Position numbers and translations under genes: made by a program. A stretch of 64,000 bases of DNA, taken from contig CAVQKE010000004.1 of the NCBI GenBank assembly GCA_963713045.1, positions 736,001-800,000 of the forward strand, given 5' to 3'. The notes beneath the pieces are model-generated. The model did no database searches, had not been told where the DNA came from, and was given only the letters and a program-made list of their open reading frames with translations. Source of the DNA: an uncultured delta proteobacterium (GTDB lineage: Bacteria > Myxococcota > Myxococcia > Myxococcales > Myxococcaceae). Position 1 is the stretch's first letter, and every line of letters starts with the position of its first letter. This document shows positions 1-9,689 of the stretch, piece by piece.

Positions 1-120
1 GTTGAAGGCGGTGTCATACGCGGTGGTGACCGTGCTGTATTGGCTGACGCTGGTCACGCCACTTGGGTAGCAAGCGCTGGCAATCGCCAGCAGCGCCACG
101 AGCCAGGGAAGTCCGCGCAT
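1..120 (-). CDS. Lipoprotein, N-terminal part (possibly DUF4136-like); continues off the window
   Basis: Manual translation from ATG at 120: MRGLPWLVALLAIASA-CYPSGVTSVSQYSTVTTAYDTAFN, a hydrophobic signal followed by a lipobox Cys. Not in the ORF track. Confidence 0.55.
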   Translation of the reverse strand, partial: MRGLPWLVALLAIASACYPSGVTSVSQYSTVTTAYDTAFN

Positions 121-254
121 CACCACGGCCCTTCTGGGCGCGACTGCGGGTTTCGGTTCCATATCCCTCCCAACGCGACTTGAGGAATGCCTGTGAAATA
201 CCTTGCCAGCCCACACTGTCGTTGACAACCCCGCTGCCCAGTGCCCGTTGGGAC

Positions 255-848
255 TTATTGCGTCTTCGATTTGCCGCCCTTTTCGCCCGCCTGCTTGACT
301 GTTCCTTTGTTCAGCCGAGCAATCAGTCCATCCATGCCCTCCTTCTTGATGATTCGGCCGAAGCTGGACCGGTAGTTGTCCACTGTTGAAACGTCGTCGA
401 TGACGATGTCGACGATGCGCCAGTCCGAGCCTGCCCGTTGCATCACGTAGTCAATATGGGTGGGCTCGCCTTTGATGGTGACTTCTGTGGGAACCTTGAC
501 ATCGCCCTCCTGCGTAACCTCCGGAAAGTACTTCACCTGTGTGGCGCGGTAGTCCTCGCTGAACTGGTCGGCGGTGGCTTTGCGAAAGCGCTGTTTGAAG
601 GCATCCAGAAACCGCTTCCGCTGGGCAGGTGTGGCCTCCTCCCAGTTTTTCCCAAGCGCCGAGCGCGCCACCCCTTCGAGGTCGATGGCGCGGGTGAGAA
701 TGTTTTCGAGCTTTTGGCGGGTCGCTGGCGTCAGCTCTGTTCCCTTCGGTGGCAGCACCGCGCGAACCTCGGCATCCCTGGCCTTGAGGGCCTCGGTCGC
801 AGTCGGCTCCACCGCAGCGAGCGTCAGGGTGAGCAGCAGAATGTGCAC
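255..848 (-). CDS. MlaC/Ttg2D (HpnM-like) periplasmic lipid-binding protein
   Basis: Signal peptide; ARSALGKNW, QRKRF and WRIVDIVIDDVSTVDNYRSSF motifs typical of MlaC. Confidence 0.9.
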   Translation of the reverse strand: MHILLLTLTLAAVEPTATEALKARDAEVRAVLPPKGTELTPATRQKLENILTRAIDLEGVARSALGKNWEEATPAQRKRFLDAFKQRFRKATADQFSEDYRATQVKYFPEVTQEGDVKVPTEVTIKGEPTHIDYVMQRAGSDWRIVDIVIDDVSTVDNYRSSFGRIIKKEGMDGLIARLNKGTVKQAGEKGGKSKTQ

Positions 849-1095
849 AGGGCCTCCGCCCCAAGGTGGGCGCTTTTCGACGTCGGGCCCGCGCCGCTGA
901 ATTCACGGAGCTCCCAGCGTCAGTCGGGGCGGGGGCCTAACACTGGGGCAACCCTTTTGGGGCGAAATCCGTTGTCGGTGCAACGACCGGGCAAGCACCA
1001 GACGCCGGACATCGCCACCCTCCGCACGCGTTGACTCTCCTGGTGAAGTCGCTATGTGCTGGCGGCCGCCGCGGTGGGTGACACTCGCGCAACAC

Positions 1096-1869
1096 ATGAG
1101 GGCAAACCTTCCCAGCTTGGTCGCTCTAGCCATGCTCGCGGGCGCCTTCGTTGTGGCCTTTGGAGCTTTCGCACTGAAGACGGCACGGACTGGGCTCCCC
1201 CACTCCAAACGCGTGCTGCAGCACGGGAGGACATCCCGGTTAGGCACCTACTTCATGGAATACGGGCTGTGGGTGTTCAGGCCGGCGGTGCGTGCCTGCG
1301 TCCGCATCGGCGTTCGACCCGACAGCCTGTCCTGGGCGTCGCTCGTGCTCCAACTGGGAGCAGGCGCGGCCATCGCGGCCGGCTGGTTCGGCTTGGGAGG
1401 CTGGGCCCTCGTTCTGGGGGCCAGCTGCGATTCGCTCGATGGCGGCGTGGCTCGAGCGCAGGGGCTGGCCTCTGACGCAGGTGAAGTGCTGGACGCCGCG
1501 GTCGACCGCTGGGGCGAAATGGCGGTGTTTTTCGGGCTCGCGTACTACTACCGCAGCGACGCGGTGGGCTTCTTCCTCGCCGCCGCGGCCTGCGCGGGCG
1601 CGGTGATGGTGTCGTATGTCCGCGCAAAGGGCGAGGCGATGGGTGTGGCGGCGCACATGGGCTTGATGCAGCGGCATGAGCGTGCGGCCTACCTCGGCGT
1701 GTCGACCGTGCTGTCACCCCTCGTCGCTTGGTGGTGGGAGCCGTTCGCGTTGCACCCGCGCTATCCCCTCGTTCTGGCCGCGCTGGCACTGATTGCTGTC
1801 CTCGCCAACGCCACCGCCATCCAACGGACGGCCTTCATTCGCTCAGAATTGCGAAAGCGTGGCCGCTGA
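1096..1869 (+). CDS. CDP-alcohol phosphatidyltransferase, PI-phosphate-synthase-like
   Basis: Signature DSLDGGVAR-x8-GEVLDAAVD. SYVRAKGEAMG...MQRHER resembles the PIP synthase subfamily. Start taken at ATG 1096. Confidence 0.9.
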   Translation: MRANLPSLVALAMLAGAFVVAFGAFALKTARTGLPHSKRVLQHGRTSRLGTYFMEYGLWVFRPAVRACVRIGVRPDSLSWASLVLQLGAGAAIAAGWFGLGGWALVLGASCDSLDGGVARAQGLASDAGEVLDAAVDRWGEMAVFFGLAYYYRSDAVGFFLAAAACAGAVMVSYVRAKGEAMGVAAHMGLMQRHERAAYLGVSTVLSPLVAWWWEPFALHPRYPLVLAALALIAVLANATAIQRTAFIRSELRKRGR

Positions 1870-1876
1870 GGGGCTG

Positions 1877-2314
1877 GTGAGCGGCCCTTCCCGAGGGGCC
1901 GCGGCCCACCGCGCAGCGCGCCTGCGTGAGGGGTGGCACTTCTTGGCATCCCAAGCTTCAGCGTTGGTGGCCTCGGGACTTGACTTGGCGCTCATGGAAG
2001 GCCTCATTCTCCTCGGGACGCCGTACGGGTGGGCCATCCTGGCGGGCCACCTCGCTGGTGGCATCAGTGACTTCGCGGCCAAGCGCCATCTCATTTTCCG
2101 CACCCGACGCCGCCGGCCGGTTCCTCAGGCGCTCCGCTACGTCCTCACTTGGGCGACTTCCCTGTTGCTCAACCTCGGCCTCGCCAAGCTGTTGGTCGAG
2201 CGTTTCGGCCTGGGCCCAGCGGGCGCAGCGCTTGCCGCTGCCGTGTCAGTCGGCTTGGCCTGGAATTACCCCCTGCACCGGCTATACGTCTTCGCTACCT
2301 CTCGCGCCGGGTAA
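1877..2314 (+). CDS. GtrA-family small membrane protein (putative lipid-linked sugar flippase)
   Basis: About four hydrophobic segments; QALRY and WNYPLHRLYVF motifs. Start taken at GTG 1877. Confidence 0.8.
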   Translation: MSGPSRGAAAHRAARLREGWHFLASQASALVASGLDLALMEGLILLGTPYGWAILAGHLAGGISDFAAKRHLIFRTRRRRPVPQALRYVLTWATSLLLNLGLAKLLVERFGLGPAGAALAAAVSVGLAWNYPLHRLYVFATSRAG

Positions 2315-2317
2315 CGC

Positions 2318-3661
2318 ATGCCCAAAGTCTTCCTAAAGACCGAGATTCCGGGCCCTCTGAGTCGTGCCCTCGTGGCGCGTGAAGCGGAGCACCTCGCCCC
2401 TGGACTTCAAAGCTTTGCGCTGCTGGCTGGAGTCGCCCTGGACCATGGAGTTGGCAGCCACGTCACCGACGTCGACGGGAACACCTACGTCGACCTCATC
2501 GGCGGCATTGGCGTCAACTCCCTGGGGCACTCCCACCCGGCCTACGTCCGGGCCCTGACCGCCCAAGCGCAGAAGCTGACCGTGGGCAGCTTCACCAGCG
2601 CGCCGCGCGCGGACTTGATGGACACGGTGACCGCACTGGCGCCGGCGGGCCTCGACCGACTGCAGCTGTATTCAGGAGGAGCCGAAGCGGTGGAGTCAGC
2701 GCTGAGGCTGGCTCGTGCGAAGACCGGGCGCTTGGACGTGGTTTCGTTCTGGGGTGGCTTCCACGGAAAGACGGCGGGAGCCATGTCGCTCATGGGCAGC
2801 GAAGCCAAGCACGGCTTTGCGCCGCTGCTCCCACACACGACGTCCATTCCCTATGCCGACTGCTACCGTTGCCCGTTCGGCCTGCAATATGGAAGTTGTG
2901 GCATCGCCTGTGCGGAGTTTGCGCGGAAGGCGCTGCGGGCCCAACCCCAGGGGCCGGTCGCCGCAGTGCTCGCCGAGCCGATGCAGGGGACGGCAGGCAA
3001 TGTCATCCCGCCCCCAGAATTTTTGCCCGCAGTGGCCGAAGCAGCGCACGAGGTGGGAGCGCTCTTCGTCGCCGACGAGATGATTACCGGCTTCGGACGC
3101 ACCGGCCGAGTCTGGGGTCTGGACCACACGCCAGCAGTCACGGCCGACCTTTTGACGCTGGGCAAGGGCTTCGGCTCCGGTTTTCCAGTGAGTGGCGTCC
3201 TGGCGCGCACCGACATCGCCAACACGCCCCCGTGGAGCAAGCCCTCTGGAGGCTCCAGCAGCTATGGCGGTAACCCGCTCGCTGCGGCGGTCGCCCTGGC
3301 ATCCGTCTCCACCATCCAGCGCGAGCGCCTCTGGGAAAATGCTGAACGGGTCGGCCACTTGATGTTGGGGCGTCTGCAGAAGATGCGCGAGCAGTACCCC
3401 TTCGTTGGCGACGTCCGGGGCAAGGGGCTGCTGCTCGGCATTGAGATGGTACGCGACCGCAAAACCAAGGAGCCCCTGCTGGCGAGCGTGATGAAGGAAG
3501 TTTACCTGTCCGGAGTCCGTCGCGGACTTCTCGCGATGACGCACTCGCCGCACATCCGACTTCAACCCGCGCTGACCCTCGACGAGGCCGCCGCCGAGGA
3601 AGGCCTTGGACTCCTGGACGAGGTCTTCCGCGAACTCGAGCGGAGCGGCCATTGGCGGTGA
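2318..3661 (+). CDS. Class-III PLP-dependent aminotransferase
   Basis: DVDGNTYVD, SGGAEAVE, GFHGKT, ADEMITGFGRTG and the PLP lysine in TLGKG. Confidence 0.95.
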   Translation: MPKVFLKTEIPGPLSRALVAREAEHLAPGLQSFALLAGVALDHGVGSHVTDVDGNTYVDLIGGIGVNSLGHSHPAYVRALTAQAQKLTVGSFTSAPRADLMDTVTALAPAGLDRLQLYSGGAEAVESALRLARAKTGRLDVVSFWGGFHGKTAGAMSLMGSEAKHGFAPLLPHTTSIPYADCYRCPFGLQYGSCGIACAEFARKALRAQPQGPVAAVLAEPMQGTAGNVIPPPEFLPAVAEAAHEVGALFVADEMITGFGRTGRVWGLDHTPAVTADLLTLGKGFGSGFPVSGVLARTDIANTPPWSKPSGGSSSYGGNPLAAAVALASVSTIQRERLWENAERVGHLMLGRLQKMREQYPFVGDVRGKGLLLGIEMVRDRKTKEPLLASVMKEVYLSGVRRGLLAMTHSPHIRLQPALTLDEAAAEEGLGLLDEVFRELERSGHWR

Positions 3662-4797
3662 ATCCCGGGGAGGTGCCCCTTTCACGAAGACTCCCGTCAG
3701 ACCGTCGGCTGCGGGGGGCGGTCGTCGGCTACGGGTTCATCGCCGCCGAGGGCCACGTCCCCGCGTACCTGGAACGCGCCAGGCGGCTACAAGATGTTGA
3801 GGTTGTCGCCGTGGCCGACATCTGCGCAGCTCGGTTGAGTGCCGCTCGGGCCGCGCTCCCCGAGGCACGCCTCTATGCAACTGCTGAAGCGCTCCTCTCC
3901 CAGGAAGCAGCCGAACTGGACTTTGTCGACATCTCCACCCCGCCATGCGCGCACGCCGCCCTCGCACATCGCGCGCTGGACGCAGGCCTACATGTGCTGT
4001 GTGAAAAGCCGCTGGCCACCACCGTGGCCGACGCCCGTTCTCTTCTCAAGCATGCTCGCCGGGCGCAGCGGGTCGTGTTCCCGTGCCACAACTACCAGCA
4101 TGCGCCAGTGGTGAAGGCCGTCCGTCAAGTCCTCGCCTCAGGGGCAATTGGCCGGGTTCGCAGTGTCAGCTTGAGCACGTTTCGCACCACGCACGCCAAA
4201 GGGGTGCCCGAATGGAGGACGGACTGGCGCCGGGAGCGCCGGTACTCGGGTGGCGGCATCACCATGGACCACGGGAGCCATAGCTTTTACCTGGCCTTCG
4301 AGTGGATGGGCGGCCACCCCGAGGCGGTGACCGCGAAGCTGTCCACCCTCGACGCCGCAGGCTGGGACACCGAGGACAACGTCAGCCTGGTGCTCAGCTT
4401 TCCCAACGGCCTCGCCCAGGCGCACCTCAGCTGGACCGCTGGCGTGCGCAAGGTGCTTTATGCGCTGCAGGGAGAACGAGGAGCCGTCACCATCGACGAC
4501 GACAACCTGGAGGTGGCTGTCATGGACCCAAGGCAGGCTCCGGGCCAAACGGCCGTCCGCTGGGAAACCGAACGGAAACGAGTCTCCTCGGACTGGACGG
4601 ATGCAAGCCACGTGTCGTGGTTCAACTCTCTTTTCGAGCAGTTCCGCGGGGCCATTCACGCCGGCATTTGGGTGGGGAAGGAAGCCCAGGACGCCTTGGC
4701 TTGCGTTCAAGTCATCGACGCTGCCTACCGCTCCGCGGCCAGTCGCTGTCGCGAAACCCCCCTGGACACCGGCGACCCGAGAGAGGACACCCGGTGA
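3658..4797 (+). CDS. Gfo/Idh/MocA NAD(P)-dependent oxidoreductase
   Basis: VGYGFIA Rossmann motif, HVLCEKP, GGG..MDHGSH. GTGA overlap with the aminotransferase stop. Confidence 0.93.
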   Translation: MNPGEVPLSRRLPSDRRLRGAVVGYGFIAAEGHVPAYLERARRLQDVEVVAVADICAARLSAARAALPEARLYATAEALLSQEAAELDFVDISTPPCAHAALAHRALDAGLHVLCEKPLATTVADARSLLKHARRAQRVVFPCHNYQHAPVVKAVRQVLASGAIGRVRSVSLSTFRTTHAKGVPEWRTDWRRERRYSGGGITMDHGSHSFYLAFEWMGGHPEAVTAKLSTLDAAGWDTEDNVSLVLSFPNGLAQAHLSWTAGVRKVLYALQGERGAVTIDDDNLEVAVMDPRQAPGQTAVRWETERKRVSSDWTDASHVSWFNSLFEQFRGAIHAGIWVGKEAQDALACVQVIDAAYRSAASRCRETPLDTGDPREDTR

Positions 4798-7283
4798 ACG
4801 GCGTCGAGTCACTCGGCCGCCGCTTTGTCCCCTGGCTCATCCATCGGCGGCGGGCCATCCTCGGCGCCGCAGCGCTGCTGCTCTTGGCGAGCGGCTTCTT
4901 TGCCGCCAAGCTGTACGCGAATCTCCGCAGCGACCTCGAGGAGCTGCTGCCGGCCAACGCGCCGAGCGTGCTGGCCGCGAAGAGCATCGGCCCCAAGCTC
5001 AATCCGGTCAACAACCTCTACTTAGTGCTCGAGGGTAGTCATCCCGAAGCGCTCCAGCGCTTCGCGGATGCACTGGCGGCCCGCCTGCGCGCATTGGGCC
5101 CGGACCTGGTGGAGGCGGTGACTTACCGGACCGACGAAGAAGAAGCTTTCCTGCGGCAGTTCGGCGCCTTCTACTTGAACGAGCAGGATTTGCGCACCCT
5201 TCTCGCCCGCATCAATGCTCGGGTGGCCTGGGAGAAACGTCAGCGAAACCCCGTACTCCACTTGCTGGAAGACGAGGATGACTCGGCACGCAGTCCTCCA
5301 CCACTCGACTTTTCGGACCTGGAGGCCAAATACGGGCTTCAGAGTCGGGACCAGTTTCGCGACGGTTACTACCAGACTCCGGACGGCCGCCTGCTTGCCC
5401 TGTTGGTGGCGCCCTCGGGGAAGGTCCACGGCTTCGTCTCAAGCAAGCGTTTCGTTGAACGCATTCGCTCCGAAGTCCAAGCGCTCAACCCCTCTCACTA
5501 CGACCCCAGCCTCCGGGTCGGCTTCACCGGGGAGGTGGAGACTCCGCTCGAAGAGCAGCAGTCGCTCATCTCGGACCTCACGGTGTCGACGGCAATGGTT
5601 CTTGTTTTTGTCCTGACGGCGCTCTTCCTATTCTTCCGCCGTTGGGCGCCCGTTCTCGCCCTCACCACGGTGCTGGGCGTCGGCACTGCCGCTACGTTCG
5701 GACTCAGCTGGTTTCTCATCGGCTATCTCAATGCCAACACTGCGTTTCTGGGCTCCATCGTCCTGGGCAACGGCATCAACGTTGCCATCATCTTCGTCGC
5801 CCGCTACTGCGAAGAACGGAGCCAGAGTCTGCGCGTTGAAGACGCGCTGCGACTCGCCTGGTCTGGCTCGCTTGCCGCAACGTTCGTCGCATCCTTCGCC
5901 GCCGGGCTGGCCTATCTGTCTTTAGCGGCAACGGACTTTCGGGGTTTCAGCCAATTCGGAGTCATCGGTGGCTTGGGGATGGCGCTCAATTGGCTCGCCG
6001 CGTTCGTGTTGCTGCCCCCACTCATCGCGACCTTGGAAACCTGGCGAGCTGGAAGCTTTCTCCCGAAACGCCCGGGCCATCCCGGGGGCGTCTTCGCCGC
6101 CGACTTCGTCGAGCGCCACGGTGCCGCCATTCGCACTGCGTCGGTACTGCTGCTCGGCGCTTCGGTGCTGGCGGTCCTCGCCTACCGAGGCCCGCTGTTG
6201 GAGTACGAAGTGGCTCGCGTCCGCTCGCAGAGGAGCCTCGAGTCAGGCGCTACCTATTGGTCCTTCAAACTCGACGAGATTTTCCGTACCTACCTGAGCC
6301 CGATGGTTCTCCGGGCGGACACGCCCGGCGACTTGGAGAGCACGCTGCGAGTGCTCGCACGCAACCGGGCCAAGCTGGGCCCTGCTGACCCGGTTCGCGA
6401 AATCCGCACCCTCCAGAGCGCCCTTCCAGAGAAGGCCGCCGACAAACTGGCCTTGGTGGTCCAGCTTCGGGAAGCGCTGAGTGATGCGCGGCTTCAGCAA
6501 CTCCCTTCTGCCATGCGCTCCGGCGCGCAGCGGCTGCGGCCGCCGGAGCAGGTCCGGGCGCCAACCTTCGCTGACCTGCCGCACTCTCTCCGCCGTGCCT
6601 TGGCGGAAAAGGACGGCTCCACCGGACGCATCGCACTTCTCTTCCCGCGCAAGGTGGGAGTGCTGGGGGCCGATGAACTGGAAGCCATCCGCGAGCTTCT
6701 GCACACCTCCTCCGTCGAGAGCGGTGGGTCGACTCAAGCGCTCGCGCAGCCCTTGCTGGTCGCCGACATCAACGCTGCCATCCTCCGTGACGGCCCGCGC
6801 GCGACGGCGCTGGCGCTGGCCGCGGTGTGCGCCTTGGTGGCGTTGGTGTTCCGGCGACTCGGCCCGACACTGCTCACCTGTGGGAGCCTCCTCCTGGGGG
6901 TGGCCTGGCTGGTCGGGTTGGCGGCGGCAGCCCAGCTGCGGGTCAACTTCCTCAACTTTGTGGTCTTGCCAATCACCTTCGGCATTGGTGTCGACTACGC
7001 AGTCAACATCGTTCAGCGTTACCGTCTAGCTGGCACGGGAGCCATGCACCGCGTCGTTCGGGAAACGGGAGCAGCGGTGGCACTCTGTTCGGCCACCACC
7101 GTCATCGGCTACTCCTCGCTCCTTTTCGCCGACAACCGGGCCCTGCGTGGTTTCGGGCTGCTCGCCTCGTTGGGCGAGTTGTGCTGCCTCAGCGCAGCGC
7201 TTTTCGCGCTCCCGGCGTGGGTGGGCTGGCGACAGGCGACTCCCGTTCGCAACGCGCCCGACGCCCAATCATCCTCCTTCTGA
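4794..7283 (+). CDS. MMPL/RND-family lipid transporter (paralog 1)
   Basis: Two TM bundles with large periplasmic loops; GNGIN and PITFGIGVDYAVN motifs. GTG 4794 overlaps the upstream stop; the ORF-track extension to 4302 is not considered real. Confidence 0.92.
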   Translation: MNGVESLGRRFVPWLIHRRRAILGAAALLLLASGFFAAKLYANLRSDLEELLPANAPSVLAAKSIGPKLNPVNNLYLVLEGSHPEALQRFADALAARLRALGPDLVEAVTYRTDEEEAFLRQFGAFYLNEQDLRTLLARINARVAWEKRQRNPVLHLLEDEDDSARSPPPLDFSDLEAKYGLQSRDQFRDGYYQTPDGRLLALLVAPSGKVHGFVSSKRFVERIRSEVQALNPSHYDPSLRVGFTGEVETPLEEQQSLISDLTVSTAMVLVFVLTALFLFFRRWAPVLALTTVLGVGTAATFGLSWFLIGYLNANTAFLGSIVLGNGINVAIIFVARYCEERSQSLRVEDALRLAWSGSLAATFVASFAAGLAYLSLAATDFRGFSQFGVIGGLGMALNWLAAFVLLPPLIATLETWRAGSFLPKRPGHPGGVFAADFVERHGAAIRTASVLLLGASVLAVLAYRGPLLEYEVARVRSQRSLESGATYWSFKLDEIFRTYLSPMVLRADTPGDLESTLRVLARNRAKLGPADPVREIRTLQSALPEKAADKLALVVQLREALSDARLQQLPSAMRSGAQRLRPPEQVRAPTFADLPHSLRRALAEKDGSTGRIALLFPRKVGVLGADELEAIRELLHTSSVESGGSTQALAQPLLVADINAAILRDGPRATALALAAVCALVALVFRRLGPTLLTCGSLLLGVAWLVGLAAAAQLRVNFLNFVVLPITFGIGVDYAVNIVQRYRLAGTGAMHRVVRETGAAVALCSATTVIGYSSLLFADNRALRGFGLLASLGELCCLSAALFALPAWVGWRQATPVRNAPDAQSSSF

Positions 7284-7547
7284 CGTCCGGCCGAGCGCGC
7301 CAGCTGAGCGGTTGAAATGGGCGGGAGGGTACCGCCGGCAAAATGGACGGCCAGTGTCCTGAGCGGCCCGCGCGCCTGGGCGAGCGACGAGGAGCATCGG
7401 CTGGACATGCTTCACCTCCGGTGCCCTGCCGTGCGACTCTCGCCTAACCCCTGCTGCCCGCGTCCTAGCCTTAACGCACAGGAGTGTTGCGAGGGTGTCA
7501 CGCGTCCGGAAATCGCCACACCCCATCAGGTGCGCTCGGCGGCCGAA

Positions 7548-8111
7548 ATGTCCGAAGGCCCGGCGTTGCTCGGCTGCCTCGTGGCTCTTGCCGCACTAGC
7601 GGCCTTCTGCGTTGTCCGCCATGCACCAACCCTCGCTCGGGCACACCGGCCTGCAGCCGTCGTCCTGACTCCACCGCCGCCAGCTGCGCTTCCCGCGCAA
7701 CTCGACTCACCCCGGGCACCTTCCCCCCTCACCACCCTTCGGGTTCAGGCGGAATTGGACCGCTTGCTTGCGTCCGGGCGCGTCGAATTCGAGAAGGGAA
7801 GCGCCCGGCTACAGGCCGACGCTTCCCCACTCCTCGACGCCATCGCCGCGCAACTCGCTACTGCCCCCGAGCTGGAGGTCGAGGTGGAAGCACATACCGA
7901 CGCGCAGGGGGACGCGGCGGCCGACCGGCAGTTGAGCCAACGACGGGCACAGACGGTGAAGGCCTATCTCACCAGCAAAGGCATTGCCCCGGAGAGAATT
8001 CATACTCTCGGCTCCGGTTCGGCTCGACCTCTTGTCCGCGCCCGGACGGTCGAAGCCAACCAGCTCAACCGCCGGATTGAGTTCCGCGTCTTTCTCCCAG
8101 GGAGTCGGTAA
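7548..8111 (+). CDS. OmpA-like peptidoglycan-binding protein with N-terminal membrane anchor
   Basis: EAHTDAQG, LSQRRA.TVK.YL and NRRIEF motifs. Start taken at ATG 7548. Confidence 0.88.
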   Translation: MSEGPALLGCLVALAALAAFCVVRHAPTLARAHRPAAVVLTPPPPAALPAQLDSPRAPSPLTTLRVQAELDRLLASGRVEFEKGSARLQADASPLLDAIAAQLATAPELEVEVEAHTDAQGDAAADRQLSQRRAQTVKAYLTSKGIAPERIHTLGSGSARPLVRARTVEANQLNRRIEFRVFLPGSR

Positions 8112-9133
8112 TGGCCGACGTGGTACGCGAAATCCTCCTGTGCCTATTTTTTTCGGCGCTGCTCGGCGTCGCGATTGGCTGGCTCGCACGCGGGCTTCGA
8201 GTTCGGCGCCTGGTGAGCGCGGCGGCCGCGGAGTCGCGCCGAGCCCTGAAAGCTGCCCGAGCCGACCTGCACGCCTCGGAGCTTGCCCTGACGGAGGAGC
8301 AGCGCAGCCGCAGTGAGTTGCAAGCCGCTGCGGGGTCGGCGCGCGATGAGGTCGAGAAGCTCCGTGGGGAACTTCGAGCGACCGCCTTGGCCCGAGACGC
8401 TGCCCGGCATGACACCAATGGAACGCGTGAGCAGCTTCTCAAGCTTGCCGACGAGTTGAAGAGTGCCGAAGCGGCACGTCTGGCGGCAGAGCAAGACCTG
8501 GACAGCCTCCAGGCGGCCACTGCCAAAGTCCGGGCGCGGGCCGAGGAAGCCGAGCGGGAACGCGACGCCCTCCAGGGACAGCGCGCCCCCAATCAGGCAG
8601 CCGACGCGACGCGACAGCACCTGGACACGCTCCGAGCGACCCTCCAGGCCGCCGAGGGCGGTTGGGACGCCGCGCGCGCGCAGGCGGCAGCAGCGCAGCA
8701 AGAGTTGGCGGCCACTCGCCGACAACTTGCCGAGTCCGAGGTGGACCGCCAGGCCCTGGCCGCAAGACTCGTCGAGGCGCAGGTCGTCCTCGCCGAGCTG
8801 CGTGCAAGGCTCGACCCACCGCCCGCGTCCGAGGCACCCGGTACCAGGAAGGGGTCGCCCTCTCTTCCTTCATCTGATGGAGCCTCTGCGCCCAAGTCTC
8901 GCCCGAAGCCGCTCCGAGATGACCTTCAGCAGATTCATGGCATCGGCCCAGTTCTCGAGCGGACACTTCACCGGCGAGGCATTTACCGTTACGCGCAAAT
9001 CGCGAGCTGGACCCCCGAAGACATCCTCGCCATCAGCAAGCGGTCGCCTGGCTTCCACGAGAGAATTGTGCGAGACGAATGGGCTGCAGCTGCTCGCAAG
9101 CTGCACATCGCCAAATACGGGTCTCCCCCGTAA
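8111..9133 (+). CDS. Membrane-anchored coiled-coil protein with C-terminal helix-hairpin-helix domain
   Basis: N-terminal TM helix, long Ala/Glu/Arg-rich coil, DDLQQIHGIGPVLERTLHRRGIYRYAQIASW. TAATG coupling to the OmpA gene. Confidence 0.8.
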   Translation: MADVVREILLCLFFSALLGVAIGWLARGLRVRRLVSAAAAESRRALKAARADLHASELALTEEQRSRSELQAAAGSARDEVEKLRGELRATALARDAARHDTNGTREQLLKLADELKSAEAARLAAEQDLDSLQAATAKVRARAEEAERERDALQGQRAPNQAADATRQHLDTLRATLQAAEGGWDAARAQAAAAQQELAATRRQLAESEVDRQALAARLVEAQVVLAELRARLDPPPASEAPGTRKGSPSLPSSDGASAPKSRPKPLRDDLQQIHGIGPVLERTLHRRGIYRYAQIASWTPEDILAISKRSPGFHERIVRDEWAAAARKLHIAKYGSPP

Positions 9134-9167
9134 TCACCCCCGCCTAGTGGGGGGCCTCGGAGGCACG

Positions 9168-9689
9168 ATGGACCTCATCGGCACGCTTTCTTCGCAGCTG
9201 GGAATGACGCCGGACCAGGCCAAGGGCCTCGCAGGGGGCCTGCTCGGCGTGGTCAACGGTGCTGTCCACCATGGGGCTGGCCCGGGCGCGGCCGGCCAGC
9301 TTCAAGCGGCCATCCCCGAAATAACCAATTGGCTGCAGACCGCGGCAGCCCACCAAGGCGTCTCCGTCCCCGCCGGCGGCAGTGGAGACCTCCTCGGGAT
9401 GCTCGGTTCGATGCTCGGCGGCGCACCAGGGGCGACCAACCTCGGCGCGCAGCTGCAGGGGAGCGGCGCCGTCGCCGCAATGACGACGGTCCTCACGAAG
9501 TATGGCGTCAAGCCAGAGCAGATGGCCGCTGTCGCTCCTGCCCTCAATCAGTTTCTCCAGCACCGGATGGGGCCCGGTGCACAGTCCATCCTCGGGCAGG
9601 TGTTGCCCATGCTGACCGGCGCTGCCCAAGCCCAGGCTGGGGCGGGGGGCATCGCGGGCATGCTGGGTGGCTTGTTCGGAAAGAAGTAG
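9168..9689 (+). CDS. Gly/Ala-rich conserved hypothetical protein (DUF2780-like)
   Basis: GGAGG RBS before ATG 9168; MDLIGTLSSQLGMTPDQAKGLAGGLL. Confidence 0.75.
   Translation: MDLIGTLSSQLGMTPDQAKGLAGGLLGVVNGAVHHGAGPGAAGQLQAAIPEITNWLQTAAAHQGVSVPAGGSGDLLGMLGSMLGGAPGATNLGAQLQGSGAVAAMTTVLTKYGVKPEQMAAVAPALNQFLQHRMGPGAQSILGQVLPMLTGAAQAQAGAGGIAGMLGGLFGKK

Noticed and set aside
4302..4793. N-terminal extension of the 993-aa MMPL ORF
   Set aside because: It overlaps the dehydrogenase in another frame with Arg-rich shadow composition; GTG 4794 is coupled to the upstream stop.
8463..9167. N-terminal extension of the 408-aa ORF
   Set aside because: It is a shadow of the coiled-coil gene; the real start with RBS is at 9168.
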